Shown: positions 30,578 through 40,835 of the stretch, piece by piece
Layout: each line of letters starts with the position of its first letter
Position numbering within the stretch: the first letter of the stretch is position 1
Virus record (IMG/VR): IMGVR_UViG_3300035698_014070
Location: 1 to 64,000 of that record
Strand: one strand, 5' to 3'
From: a virus
DNA length: 64,000 nt
Position numbers and translations under genes: made by a program
Notes under the pieces: generated by a model
Told to the model about the DNA's origin: nothing
Databases searched by the model: none
Seen by the model: the letters and a program-made list of their open reading frames with translations, nothing else

Positions 30578-33500
30578 ATGTATTTAGGATCATATGATGA
30601 AAGTGCAACGGTTCCTATACCAATAACATTGCACGATGTAGATACTGGTGGACAGGAAGATCCTACTGGAAATGTCGAGTGGGATATAGTTAATTCAGCA
30701 TCTTCTGTTATGGCATCTGGTATATCTGGATTTAATGAATTGAATTTAAGTAGTAATGTTAATGGCTGTTATCAGATGAATTATGCATTAACAGCTGCGT
30801 ATTTTGCTGGAAATACTTATATTGTTTATGTGAATGTTACAGTAGATGGTGTAACTGCAAATACAGCACATTCATTTCAAGTAAGAGCAGCTGTTAATTC
30901 CAATTTGATGGAAATAAACGGAGATTCAGTAGCAGGAAACGCCGCTACATTAACACTTAAACAGTTAGACATTCAAAATAGCGCAGGTACAGCGTTTGTT
31001 GCTAAGTCTACTGGCAGTAATGGTCATGGAATGGACGTAGCAGGTAATGGTTCTGGTGAAGGTGTTGTATTAACTGCTGGTGCAACTGGTTATGGTCTTC
31101 ATATTCTTGGTGGTGGAACAAGCGGTGATGCGGTTCATATTGAAGCACAGAATGGTAACGCATACGGTATATATTGTATTGGTAATGGTGGTGGAGAAGG
31201 TGTTGTAGTTGTTGGTGGAGATACTGCGAATGGATTAGAGTGTCGTGGTGGAGCATCAGGTGGTGCGGGTATTTACGCGTTTGCACAAACATCTAATCAT
31301 GGCATTATGGTATTAGGTAAAGGTGTGGGTCATGGTATTCATGCAACTGGTGGAGATGGTGGTGGAGCAGGTATCAATGCTGTTGGATCAACTTCAAATG
31401 CTTCTGGTATTGTTGCAACTGGTGATGGGTCTGGTAGTGGAATAGATGCGGTTGGTGGAGATAGTGGTGGTGATGGTATAAGTGCCCGAGCTACTACTGC
31501 AAGTGGACATGGTATTCATGCTACAGGCCATACTGCCGGCGTTGGAATATTAGCAGCTGGTGGAACAGGTGGTAGTGGACTGAGTGTTACTGGTCAAGGC
31601 GCTCTTCCTGGAATGTTAATTACTGGTGGCGATACTGATGCAGATGCTTTATCTTTAGTTCCTGGTGGGACTGGCGATTATATTACAGATGGATTTATTA
31701 AGTCAACCAGTTTTGCTGCTGGTGCTATTAACGCTGCAGCTATTGCAGATGCTGCTATTGATAATGCTACATTTGCTGCAGACGTAGGTTCTACCGCTTA
31801 TGCTACTAATATTGTAGCACTAGCTGTAAGAAAGGCTCTTGATGAGATTAAGTTAGACCACTTAGTAGCTATAGCAGATGCAGATGATGTTGTTAATGAT
31901 TCTATTATGGCTAAATTAGCATCAACCACAGGTGACTGGAGTACATTCGTAGATACGACTGATAGTTTACAGTCAAATCGAGATAATCAAGGAACAGCAC
32001 AAACTGGTGACGCTTATGCTATTGTAAATAATGGGACATACGGTAATGCATATTTAGTTCGATCAACTACTCCTGCTAATACATTAACAGTAGCAGCAGA
32101 CGGTTCAGTTACAGCTGATACATCTGGTACGCAAACCGCTTGTGAAGATGCGATTGATGCTAAATTTACTTTTGATTCGAATGGGTATATAGACGTAAAC
32201 GTTATGACTGTACTTGATGTAACTCCTATATCTAACGCGGATATTCAAAGTGAATGTGAAGATGCGATTGATGCTAAGATAAATACAACAGCAGGAGTTG
32301 TTGAAACAGATGTTGTATCTATATCAGGAGATACGACTGCTGCTGATAATATGGAGTTAGCTTTTGATACAACAGGATATGCGTTTACTGGTTGTTCTAT
32401 GCCTTCAGTAACAGGCGCAGTCGGTTCAGTTACTGGTGCAGTGGGTTCAGTGACTGGCGCAGTAGGTAGTGTAACAGGATTAACTATAGCAAATGGAGCA
32501 GCTGAAGCTAACATTACATATATTCATGGAACTGCTCTTACAGAAACACCAGGGCAACTTGCAGCTAGTTTTAAGAAATTCTTTGATGTATCTGCTCCAA
32601 CGGGAACAGTTAATAGTATTCCAGATGCAGTAGCAGGTGCAACTGGCGGTATATTTATTGCAGGAACAAACGCTGCTACTAGTATAACTACAGCATTAAC
32701 TGCAAATATTACTGGAACTATAACTGGTAATATAGAAGGAGATCTCAATGGTTCTGCTGCTTCAGTAACCAATGCAGTAGGTAGTGTAGCTGGAAATGTA
32801 GATGGTGATGTATCAGGTTCAGTTGGATCAGTAACTGGTGCAGTGGGTTCAGTAACAGGTGCTGTAGGATCTGTCACTGGTGCCGTTGGTAGTGTAGCTG
32901 GTAATGTAGATGGTAATGTAACTGGTTCAGTAGGATCAGTAGCAGATATGTCGGGTGTTCAAGAAGAGTGCGAAGATGCTATTGATGCTAAGTTCGTGTT
33001 TGATTCAAATAACTACGTATACATTGCAAATGCTGAATCAAGTACGTTAACAGCACAACAAATTTGGGAATACGCTACAAGAGTATTAACAGATAAGAGT
33101 GACTTTAATTTAGCTGCAGATCAAGGTACTGTAACAATAGGAGTTTGCTCTGTAAATACTGATATGGTTGGTACAGATAATGCAGCTTTAGCTGCAACCG
33201 CTTTAAGTACAGCTCAGTGGACAAATGCACGCGCAGGTTATTTAGATGAATTAGCTGCAGCAAATCTTCCTACAGATGTTAGTAATATACCAACTAATCC
33301 TATGTTAAATACAGAAGATGGTTCTAGTTTCATTGCTATTCCTTGGAACAGTAGCTGGAATACTGAAGTACAATCAGAGTGTGATGATGCAATTCAAGCA
33401 GCATTTGTTTTTGATTCATCCAATTATGTGTACGCTGCAAATACTGGTAGTACTATTACTCCACAGCAGATTTGGGAATATACAACGCGTATTTTAACAG

Positions 33501-34210
33501 CTGCTACTAATATTACATCAGATGATAGTCAAATTAATATAACTACTGGACGAGTTGATGCTAATCTTAAATCTATAAATAGTGATCTTCAAAGTTGTAT
33601 TGATTTTAAAGACTTTGCTGATAATGGGTATGATCCTATAACAAACAAAGTACAAGGAGTAATAAAAACTGATACAGCTTCTACAGTTACAGATGGAGCT
33701 AAATCAGCGACAGCTTTATCTACTGCTACATGGACGGCTGCTAGGGCTGGATATCTTGATAATCTTCTTGCAACTAATGGAGTAACATTAGCAAGTGCAC
33801 AGGGATTATACGCACCAGCTAAAGCAGGTGATTTGATGGGTCTTGCAGATACAGCTATTACTGCAGCTAAGTTTGATACAGATGCAATAGCAGCTGCCGT
33901 TATTTCTGCTGATGCAGTAACCAAGATACAAGCTGGATTAGCTACAACAGTAGCGCTTGCGACAGTACAAACAGGCATAACAGCTATTCAAGCAACAACA
34001 ACTAAATTAGATACTACAGTAGAATTAGATGGAGTTGTTTATAAATTTACAGAAACTGCTTTAGAAGAAACACCAAGCGGTTCTGGTGGAGATGCTTCAA
34101 AGGAAAATCAAGAAACTATGATAACATCTCTTGCGGCGTTAATTATAACTACTGATACAATTGATGCTAACACTGATAGTGCAAGTTCAGATATGGACTT
34201 TGGAGAGTAA
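30578..34210 (+). CDS. Large Gly/Ala/Thr-rich fibre-like virion protein
   Basis: GxGI.A.G repeats, (GAVGSVT)n tracts, repeated CEDAIDAK and QIWEY.TR.LT modules. Confidence 0.75.
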   Translation: MYLGSYDESATVPIPITLHDVDTGGQEDPTGNVEWDIVNSASSVMASGISGFNELNLSSNVNGCYQMNYALTAAYFAGNTYIVYVNVTVDGVTANTAHSFQVRAAVNSNLMEINGDSVAGNAATLTLKQLDIQNSAGTAFVAKSTGSNGHGMDVAGNGSGEGVVLTAGATGYGLHILGGGTSGDAVHIEAQNGNAYGIYCIGNGGGEGVVVVGGDTANGLECRGGASGGAGIYAFAQTSNHGIMVLGKGVGHGIHATGGDGGGAGINAVGSTSNASGIVATGDGSGSGIDAVGGDSGGDGISARATTASGHGIHATGHTAGVGILAAGGTGGSGLSVTGQGALPGMLITGGDTDADALSLVPGGTGDYITDGFIKSTSFAAGAINAAAIADAAIDNATFAADVGSTAYATNIVALAVRKALDEIKLDHLVAIADADDVVNDSIMAKLASTTGDWSTFVDTTDSLQSNRDNQGTAQTGDAYAIVNNGTYGNAYLVRSTTPANTLTVAADGSVTADTSGTQTACEDAIDAKFTFDSNGYIDVNVMTVLDVTPISNADIQSECEDAIDAKINTTAGVVETDVVSISGDTTAADNMELAFDTTGYAFTGCSMPSVTGAVGSVTGAVGSVTGAVGSVTGLTIANGAAEANITYIHGTALTETPGQLAASFKKFFDVSAPTGTVNSIPDAVAGATGGIFIAGTNAATSITTALTANITGTITGNIEGDLNGSAASVTNAVGSVAGNVDGDVSGSVGSVTGAVGSVTGAVGSVTGAVGSVAGNVDGNVTGSVGSVADMSGVQEECEDAIDAKFVFDSNNYVYIANAESSTLTAQQIWEYATRVLTDKSDFNLAADQGTVTIGVCSVNTDMVGTDNAALAATALSTAQWTNARAGYLDELAAANLPTDVSNIPTNPMLNTEDGSSFIAIPWNSSWNTEVQSECDDAIQAAFVFDSSNYVYAANTGSTITPQQIWEYTTRILTAATNITSDDSQINITTGRVDANLKSINSDLQSCIDFKDFADNGYDPITNKVQGVIKTDTASTVTDGAKSATALSTATWTAARAGYLDNLLATNGVTLASAQGLYAPAKAGDLMGLADTAITAAKFDTDAIAAAVISADAVTKIQAGLATTVALATVQTGITAIQATTTKLDTTVELDGVVYKFTETALEETPSGSGGDASKENQETMITSLAALIITTDTIDANTDSASSDMDFGE

Positions 34211-34211
34211 A

Positions 34212-34616
34212 ATGAGTAGTAAGAAATTGATAGAACTTGAAGAAATAACAAAATCATTACCAAATTTTGCAAAGATGGTTGCAGAAACAACTGTTGGAGA
34301 AACACAGACATTTAATATGGATAGTGGTACAGGTATTCAGATAGCTATGTTTAATGACAAAGATATAGCTATTGCTAGAGGCTTCTTTTCTAAAGGATCT
34401 CTGTGCTCAATTCATTCACATAGTGAAAAAGAAATAATAATAGTATATGAAGGTTGTATGGAAATAAGGTTTGATGATGGATCATCTAAAATATTAAATC
34501 AGTATGATCATATATCTATACAGCCACAGATTGGGCACTGCGGTTATGCTGTAGAAGATACTTGGTTTGTTGCAATAACTTTGCCTGCTTCAAAGGAGTG
34601 GCCGCATGCCAAGTAA
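34212..34616 (+). CDS. Cupin-domain protein
   Basis: HSHSEKEIIIVYEG...ISIQPQIGHCG. Confidence 0.85.
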   Translation: MSSKKLIELEEITKSLPNFAKMVAETTVGETQTFNMDSGTGIQIAMFNDKDIAIARGFFSKGSLCSIHSHSEKEIIIVYEGCMEIRFDDGSSKILNQYDHISIQPQIGHCGYAVEDTWFVAITLPASKEWPHAK

Positions 34617-34845
34617 TTTGGGTACATGGAATGAATGGGCAAGGTTCGTAATAGAGGAATTAAAAAGACTTGATAAGGAAACAGAAGATTTAGATAGTGA
34701 AATAAAAACATTAGGTAAAAAAATAGTTAAAATTGAAACAGAGTTACGTATAAAGTCTGGTGTGTGGGGATTGCTTGGTGGCATAATTCCATCCACTATA
34801 CTTATAATTGTTTATGTGTTAAAAGAACTTGTATTTAGTAAATGA
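34606..34845 (+). CDS. Small coiled-coil plus single-TM membrane protein (holin-like)
   Basis: Coiled coil followed by the hydrophobic stretch GVWGLLGGIIPSTILIIVYVL. Confidence 0.55.
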   Translation: MPSNLGTWNEWARFVIEELKRLDKETEDLDSEIKTLGKKIVKIETELRIKSGVWGLLGGIIPSTILIIVYVLKELVFSK

Positions 34846-34860
34846 CCTAGGAGATAGATC

Positions 34861-36075
34861 ATGAGTAGTGAACTTTTAAAAAGAATTGTAGAGAATAGAG
34901 ATACCATTTTTGGAGAAATTAATAATACGTTATCTCCAAGGCAAATTAGAGAACATATTCGTAGTATGTATAAAAAGGTTGCAGAAGATGTTGGTTTAAC
35001 TTCAGAAGAAGTAAAGTACTTTGTTCATTATATGTCCAAGAACTTTGCTAATGATTTTACAAAAATATCTGAAGATAAGATATATCATTATGCATCGTTA
35101 TTGCTTGAAGGTAAACTTCCTAATCATGCTGAACCTACTGATAAAAAGGTTCAAGCTATGATAGAAAAAGATGATGATGAAGAGGAAGAAGAAGAAGAAG
35201 AGGTTATTGATGATGAAGTAGAAGATGATGAAAGTGATGAAGAGCTTCCACCTGAAGGTGCTAGTTTACGTGATATAGATAGTGAAGGCGGTGGTGGCGA
35301 TGCTCCTGATATGAGTGATGCAGAACCAAGTGGTGCTGAAGAAGAAGTCGAAATAGATAAAGAGTACTTTGGTAGTACTGGTGATGATGGCTTTTATTAC
35401 ATGGTTGGCTCTGAAGAAGAAGGTGCTGATGATATTAAAATACTGAACCAAGAAGGTGATGAAGTTTATTCTGCAATTGCTAAAGAAATGGATATACAAG
35501 ATATTACTGCAGTGATTGTAGATGCAATTACAGATCTTGAAATGGATGCAGTATCATATGATATTATTGTGAAGTATATTTTCCCGAAACTTCAGGATGA
35601 TGATGAAGAAAAAGAAGATGAAGAAGAAGTTCCTACTGATGAGGAAATGCCTACTGACGAAGAGATGCCTGAAGAAGATGAAGAAATTCCTATGGAATCA
35701 GTGAATAAGGCGAATGAAACTAAAAAAGCTGATAAAGCTAAGAAAGATAAAGCTGATAAAATTAAGAAAGATAAGAAAGACAAAGCTGATAAAGTCAAAA
35801 AAGATAAAAAAGATAAGGCTGAAAAAGCTAAAGCTAAGAAAGCTAAAAAAGATGAGAGTGTAATAGAACACGAAGTTAATGGTGAAAAACATACTGGATG
35901 TATTTTAGAAAATACTTCTGATTTTACTCGTGTTAAAGTAGATAACAAAGAATATAAATTAAACGTACCTTTTGCTGAAGTATATAAAGACGAACACGGT
36001 AACATTACTAACGAGTGCATGAAAGAATTGATTGAAGATTTTGTAGCTCTTAGTGTTACATCTGAAAGTAAGTAA
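34861..36075 (+). CDS. Highly acidic putative scaffold/prohead-core protein
   Basis: E/D tracts and KKDKADK repeats; immediately upstream of the prohead protease; carries an internal SLRDI. Confidence 0.6.
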   Translation: MSSELLKRIVENRDTIFGEINNTLSPRQIREHIRSMYKKVAEDVGLTSEEVKYFVHYMSKNFANDFTKISEDKIYHYASLLLEGKLPNHAEPTDKKVQAMIEKDDDEEEEEEEEVIDDEVEDDESDEELPPEGASLRDIDSEGGGGDAPDMSDAEPSGAEEEVEIDKEYFGSTGDDGFYYMVGSEEEGADDIKILNQEGDEVYSAIAKEMDIQDITAVIVDAITDLEMDAVSYDIIVKYIFPKLQDDDEEKEDEEEVPTDEEMPTDEEMPEEDEEIPMESVNKANETKKADKAKKDKADKIKKDKKDKADKVKKDKKDKAEKAKAKKAKKDESVIEHEVNGEKHTGCILENTSDFTRVKVDNKEYKLNVPFAEVYKDEHGNITNECMKELIEDFVALSVTSESK

Positions 36076-36092
36076 TAATAGGAGATATAAAG

Positions 36093-37694
36093 ATGACTCA
36101 GTTACGCGAAGACATTATAGAAAATTATCAGTTACTTGAAACTGATACAACTAAGCTGCCTGATGGTGTGTTATGTCGAGTGCAATATCCAATATGCAAT
36201 ATTGGTATATTGAATCGCAATAACCGGGTGTATGAGAAGGAATTGTGGGATGGTGTGTTAGCTAATAAAGAAGTAGCGCAAAAGCTAGAGAAGCGTTCTC
36301 TTTATGGTCAGGCTGAACATCCCAAAGAAACACAGAGTAATCTTGAAAAGACTTCTCATGTCATACATAGTATGAATGTAAACGAAGATGGATCTAAAAT
36401 TTCTCAGACTATGGATGTTTTGGATACACCATATGGACGGATTATAGACACACTCTTACGTGCAGGTTGTGGTGTTGGCGTATCTACACGAGCAGAAGGT
36501 GAATTAGAAGAATGCACTGATGAAAGTAATGGAAGTAAATATTTTCGCGTAAAACCTGAGTCATATGATTATGTTACAACCGATTTTACGGCTGATCCTA
36601 GTACTATTGATCCATATCCTGAGTCTGTGCAGCGCGATGTTGTTAGAGAAATAGCAAAAGACTTACATGATAATAGTATAGATAGAGCTTTTGCAATGCC
36701 TTTACTTGAATCAATGCAAGTAGATGAAGCAAAAGAATTGTTGAAAGAAAATAAAGAAAAACCTTTGTTTGAAGACTTTGACAGTGCTTTTGATTGGTTT
36801 AAAGATTATTTTAATACCATGGAAGAAGGAAAAGATAAAGATAAAATTCGTGAAATAATTACTGAAAGCAACTTTGATCCTAATGAAATAATTCCAGCAC
36901 AAGCATCAACATCTATTGAAGATACAGAAAAAGAAATAGAAGAAGTAGAAGATGAAGTTGAGAAAGATATTAAAGATGGTGAAACTCAGAAAGATACGAC
37001 TGAAGAAACTGTTGATGATGCTGAAGAATCTATAAATCCATTACTAGCTGTGAAAGATGCACTTATTAAAGAAGCATCTACTCGTGCTGAATTAGAAAAA
37101 GCAATAGAGATTATTGAAGAACATCAGTGCGATGAAAATAATGTAGCTATTGCAGTTTGTAAGATTAAAAATCTACAACAGAAATTAAAAGAACATAGTA
37201 AATCATATGATGCAAGAACGAAAGCATTACAAACTGCGCTAACTTGTAATGATAAGAAAACAGTTAAAAAAGTAAACGCTTTAAAGATTTCTTTAAAAGA
37301 ATATTTTAATAAATATAAAACACTTGATGAAGTTACAAAAAAGAAATTAGATAAATTAGAACAATGTAATAAAAAAATTGTAACAGAACATAAAGATCGT
37401 GTTATAATGATACAAGAAGAATGTGATAAGAAGATTGTTTCTAGTTACATCACTATGAAATTAGAGCAATCTGGTTTAAAACTGGCAGATAAATCTCGAG
37501 CACTTCTTGAAGATTGTAAAACTGTTGGTGAAGCGGAAACTATGTTGTCTGACTTACGATATACTATGCGTGAAAATGCCCTTCATCATCATTCAGGTGT
37601 ATCTGAAGAAGCGATTATTATTGAATCGACAACTAGTAAATTAGAAGATGAAATCGTAAAGAATGTTAGGTCTTCTTTGGCCGGCATGTCTTGA
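36093..37694 (+). CDS. Prohead protease (T4 gp21-like) fused to a coiled-coil scaffold-like region
   Basis: NRNNRVY, GQAEHP, SHVI, LDTPYG, GVSTRAEG, TDFTADPS. Confidence 0.92.
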   Translation: MTQLREDIIENYQLLETDTTKLPDGVLCRVQYPICNIGILNRNNRVYEKELWDGVLANKEVAQKLEKRSLYGQAEHPKETQSNLEKTSHVIHSMNVNEDGSKISQTMDVLDTPYGRIIDTLLRAGCGVGVSTRAEGELEECTDESNGSKYFRVKPESYDYVTTDFTADPSTIDPYPESVQRDVVREIAKDLHDNSIDRAFAMPLLESMQVDEAKELLKENKEKPLFEDFDSAFDWFKDYFNTMEEGKDKDKIREIITESNFDPNEIIPAQASTSIEDTEKEIEEVEDEVEKDIKDGETQKDTTEETVDDAEESINPLLAVKDALIKEASTRAELEKAIEIIEEHQCDENNVAIAVCKIKNLQQKLKEHSKSYDARTKALQTALTCNDKKTVKKVNALKISLKEYFNKYKTLDEVTKKKLDKLEQCNKKIVTEHKDRVIMIQEECDKKIVSSYITMKLEQSGLKLADKSRALLEDCKTVGEAETMLSDLRYTMRENALHHHSGVSEEAIIIESTTSKLEDEIVKNVRSSLAGMS

Positions 37695-37712
37695 TATTAA
37701 GAGGTGATTATT

Positions 37713-38638
37713 ATGGGTATGGACTTACGCGCTGCTATGAAAGGGCGTCTTGAAGAAGAAACGATGAAGCGTAATCGCTTAATTGAACGATGGAGTTCAA
37801 TGATTACGGCTGTTGATAAATATTTACAAGAGGATCAAAACAGATCTTTAACTTTTTATGACAAACAGAATATTGCACAGTGCTTAGAAAACGCTTTGCT
37901 TGAGAATGGTCTTAAAGCTGGTAATAGAATGTTTGAAGCAACTAATATGGACAATGTTGAATTCATGGCAATTCAACTTCCTGTTATTGCTGCATTGCTG
38001 CCTTCTTTATGTCTTAATAAAGTCTCGACGGTACAGGCTTTGGATAGACGTCAAGGAGCTGTATTTTTCTTAGATTTGCAATATGGTACTGCTAAGGGAA
38101 ATATTGCTGTTGGTGATACGATGATATCTGCAACTACTGGTCATAACGCCACTGCTGCAAATCTTCGTTATGCTGTAACTACAGCTGACAGTGAAAGTCT
38201 TTCTGGTGCTGCTTTAACTTCTAGTGTATTGGCTGGTACGTTAACTTATCAACCAATGTTGGGTACAGTTAGTATTGTAGTTACCGATGGCTCTACGTAT
38301 ACAGATAATGTTAATCCTGGTCAAATTGAGGATTCTAGCGGAAATGTTCTTGGCTGGGTAAAAGTTTCTGGAGCATATGAAATTGATTTTACTGGTGAGT
38401 CTGTGATTCCTGATTCTGGTGGTGAAGTTGCCGCTACGTATTGTTATCAGTATGATCAAGCTGGTGGAGATGATACTCCCACAGTTAATGAAGTCAATAT
38501 TGATCTTCGCAGTGAAATGATTACCGCACAAGATTTCCCGCTGAAAGCTATTTATTCTATGGGCGCATCAATAGATTTACAAAAAGCCCATGGTCTGGTT
38601 TTAGAGGACGAGCTTGTTAAGTTCCTTGGTGGCGAGAT
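37713..38638 (+). CDS. Major capsid protein (T4 gp23-like), exon 1
   Basis: GAGGTG RBS; LPVI...VQAL...GAVFFL; DLQKAHGLVLEDELVKFLGGEI; ends at the predicted 5' splice site. Confidence 0.9.
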
Positions 38639-39746
38639 TGATTTTGGTCTCGCGTCGTTAGCAATAGCGGCATAGTTAAAACTACTCAATTGCTGGGACA
38701 CCCTAACAAGTAGTGTTGAGGGCAATCAGCAGCTGCTAGTATGAAAAGTAAAATGATTAGTGAAAATATAAAATATTGTGAATGTGGTTGTGGAACGCCG
38801 ATTAAGCCAGCAAATAGATTTGTTAGTGGTCATAATCGACGTGGAACTAAAAATACTCCTGAGCATAATTTAGCGATAAGTCAGTATAATAAACTCCATA
38901 ATCCAGCTACAAATAAAGAAACAGCAGTAAAGATTTCAAAAGCATTGACTGGAAAAAAACAATCATTAGAAACTAGATTAAAAAGATCTAAGTCTTTAAC
39001 AAATAATCCTAAAGTTATTGCTTCTAGAATAGGTAATCAAAATAGAAAAGGAACAACTACAAGTAGCAAAGCTCGTAAGAATATGAGTAATAGTGCTAAA
39101 AATAAAGCTTTTTCTGATTCACACAAAGAAGCAATAAGTAATGGATTGATTAAGTATTTTTCAGTTATAGAGAATAGAATAAAAAGAGTAAAAGAAATTA
39201 GTAATAGAATTCAACTTAAAGGTTATCAGTATAAAAATGGATACTTAAAAATGTCTAATTTTAACCGCAAGTTGTTTTACCGTTCTTCTTATGAAAAGCT
39301 AGCTCTTATTATTCTTGATACTAAGTATAATGAAATAAAAGATATTTTCACAGAATGTATTCATATTCCATATAAAAACGCAGATGGTTCAACGCGTGTT
39401 TACACTCCTGATATTTTTGTTAAAATGAATAAAGGGAAAGATATACTTATTGAAGTAAAACCAAATTGCTTTGTTAATAATTCTGATGTTGTTAGAAAAA
39501 CAGAAGCAGGAATTTTTTGGGCAAAGCAAAACAACGTTACGTTTTGTATATGGACTGAAGATATTCTTCATAATAGTAGTTCAACGACTACGTGTTTACA
39601 AGAGATTGTAAATGCTACGGTAGTCTACCCACGTGGTAGAAGGTATAGTCTGAACTCAATGGAAACATTGAGAAGGGAGCAGAAATGACTCTCTCGCTTA
39701 TTAATATTTTAGCGACTTTGTTAATAAGTTTACAAGTAACAGATTG
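38639..39746 (+). mobile_element. Group I intron (1108 nt) in the major capsid gene
   Basis: P1: exon GCGAGAU pairs with GUCUCGC (38647-53) with a U.G at the splice site. P4 TGCTG/CAGCA, R GTTCAACGACTA (39579-90), S AAGGTATAGTC (39640-50), GNRA-capped P2 and P9, terminal G39746. Splicing restores GGEIKFEIDR in frame. Confidence 0.92.
38741..39688 (+). CDS. Intron-encoded homing endonuclease (NUMOD3-like repeats plus TnsA-like PD-(D/E)XK domain)
   Basis: CECGCG...FVSGHN; KISKALTGKKQS; YRSSYEK...YTPDIFV...LIEVKP. Confidence 0.85.
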   Translation: MKSKMISENIKYCECGCGTPIKPANRFVSGHNRRGTKNTPEHNLAISQYNKLHNPATNKETAVKISKALTGKKQSLETRLKRSKSLTNNPKVIASRIGNQNRKGTTTSSKARKNMSNSAKNKAFSDSHKEAISNGLIKYFSVIENRIKRVKEISNRIQLKGYQYKNGYLKMSNFNRKLFYRSSYEKLALIILDTKYNEIKDIFTECIHIPYKNADGSTRVYTPDIFVKMNKGKDILIEVKPNCFVNNSDVVRKTEAGIFWAKQNNVTFCIWTEDILHNSSSTTTCLQEIVNATVVYPRGRRYSLNSMETLRREQK

Positions 39747-40302
39747 CAAGTTTGAAATTGATCGCTATGGGCTTACTGCTATTGCAGCTGCTGCGACTGG
39801 TTCGAGTGCTGCGACAGCGATTGGTACTTGGACTGGTACTCCTACTACTGGTGAGTCTTGGGTATTCAAGAAATACGAGTGGTTGGATAAATTGGAAGTA
39901 GGTAATAACAATATTATCAGCAAAACAAAGAGAGCTAATGCTAACTTTATTATCTGCGGTAATAATGTTGCTCGTCTGATTCGTCAGATGGAAGGGCATT
40001 TTGTTCCTGCTTCTGGTCTTGATAAGAATATTCCTACTGGTCCATTTGAGTTAGGTACATTGAATGGTCGTATGGTTATACAAGATCCGTTTATGACGAC
40101 AGATCGTTATATCATGGGATTCCGCGGTGATAACTATCTGTTTGCTGGCGCTATATACGCTCCGTATATTCCGCTGTTTGCAACGCCTACAGTTATTCTT
40201 GGAAATCTGCAAGCACAAAAGGGCTTTATGAGTTCTGCTGGTTTCAAGGTAATTAATGCGGGTATGTATACGTATGGTGATATCGATTTGTCCGGTATTT
40301 AA
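39747..40302 (+). CDS. Major capsid protein, exon 2
   Basis: KFEIDR...ANFIIC...GTLNGRMVIQDP...GAIYAPYIPL, a gp23-like C-terminus. Confidence 0.9.
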
Positions 40303-40311
40303 AAATTAATA

Positions 40312-40353
40312 GTTGTGGAGTAGTTTACTAAATATATGTAGCTACTCCACAAC
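40312..40353 (+). terminator. Strong hairpin after the capsid gene
   Basis: 12-bp perfect inverted repeat GTTGTGGAGTAG/CTACTCCACAAC; no clear U-tract. Confidence 0.6.
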
Positions 40354-40376
40354 ATACTATTACGAAAGGTAGAGCA

Positions 40377-40832
40377 ATGATCGAACGTATTGTTAAAGCA
40401 AGAAAGAATGTGTCGTTAAAAACACGTATAGATATATACGAATTAGAAAAAGATGAAATTGCAATAATAGGATTTAACAATTTAAAAGAATATAAAACAA
40501 TAATGAGTTTACATCATGTCATTGGTCCAGCAACTAATGAGGAACTAAGTATATGGAAAAAACAATTTTTACCAATTATACCAAGTAATATAGATAACTT
40601 TGATCAAACAATTGTTAAAGAAGTTACAAATATAAAACCAGTAAAACCTATAGTTCCAGTAAAGGTTGAAGAAGTAAAACCTATAGTTCCAGTAAAGATT
40701 GAAAAGGTAGAGGCTGAAGAGCCAATTCATGTAAGTGGTATTTCTGTATGTCCTGTTTGTGGAAGAAGGAAAGCAAAAAGCAGAACGTATTGTAAAAAGT
40801 GCTCTGAAAAATTAGAAGATAGCAAAGAGTAA
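40377..40832 (+). CDS. Hypothetical protein with KPIVPVK repeats and C-terminal zinc ribbon
   Basis: CPVC...CKKC. Confidence 0.65.
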   Translation: MIERIVKARKNVSLKTRIDIYELEKDEIAIIGFNNLKEYKTIMSLHHVIGPATNEELSIWKKQFLPIIPSNIDNFDQTIVKEVTNIKPVKPIVPVKVEEVKPIVPVKIEKVEAEEPIHVSGISVCPVCGRRKAKSRTYCKKCSEKLEDSKE

Positions 40833-40835
40833 ATT

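Noticed and set aside
39685-39746. Independent 205-aa gene starting MTLSLINIL
   Set aside because: The first 62 nt are intron 3' sequence; the rest is capsid exon 2.
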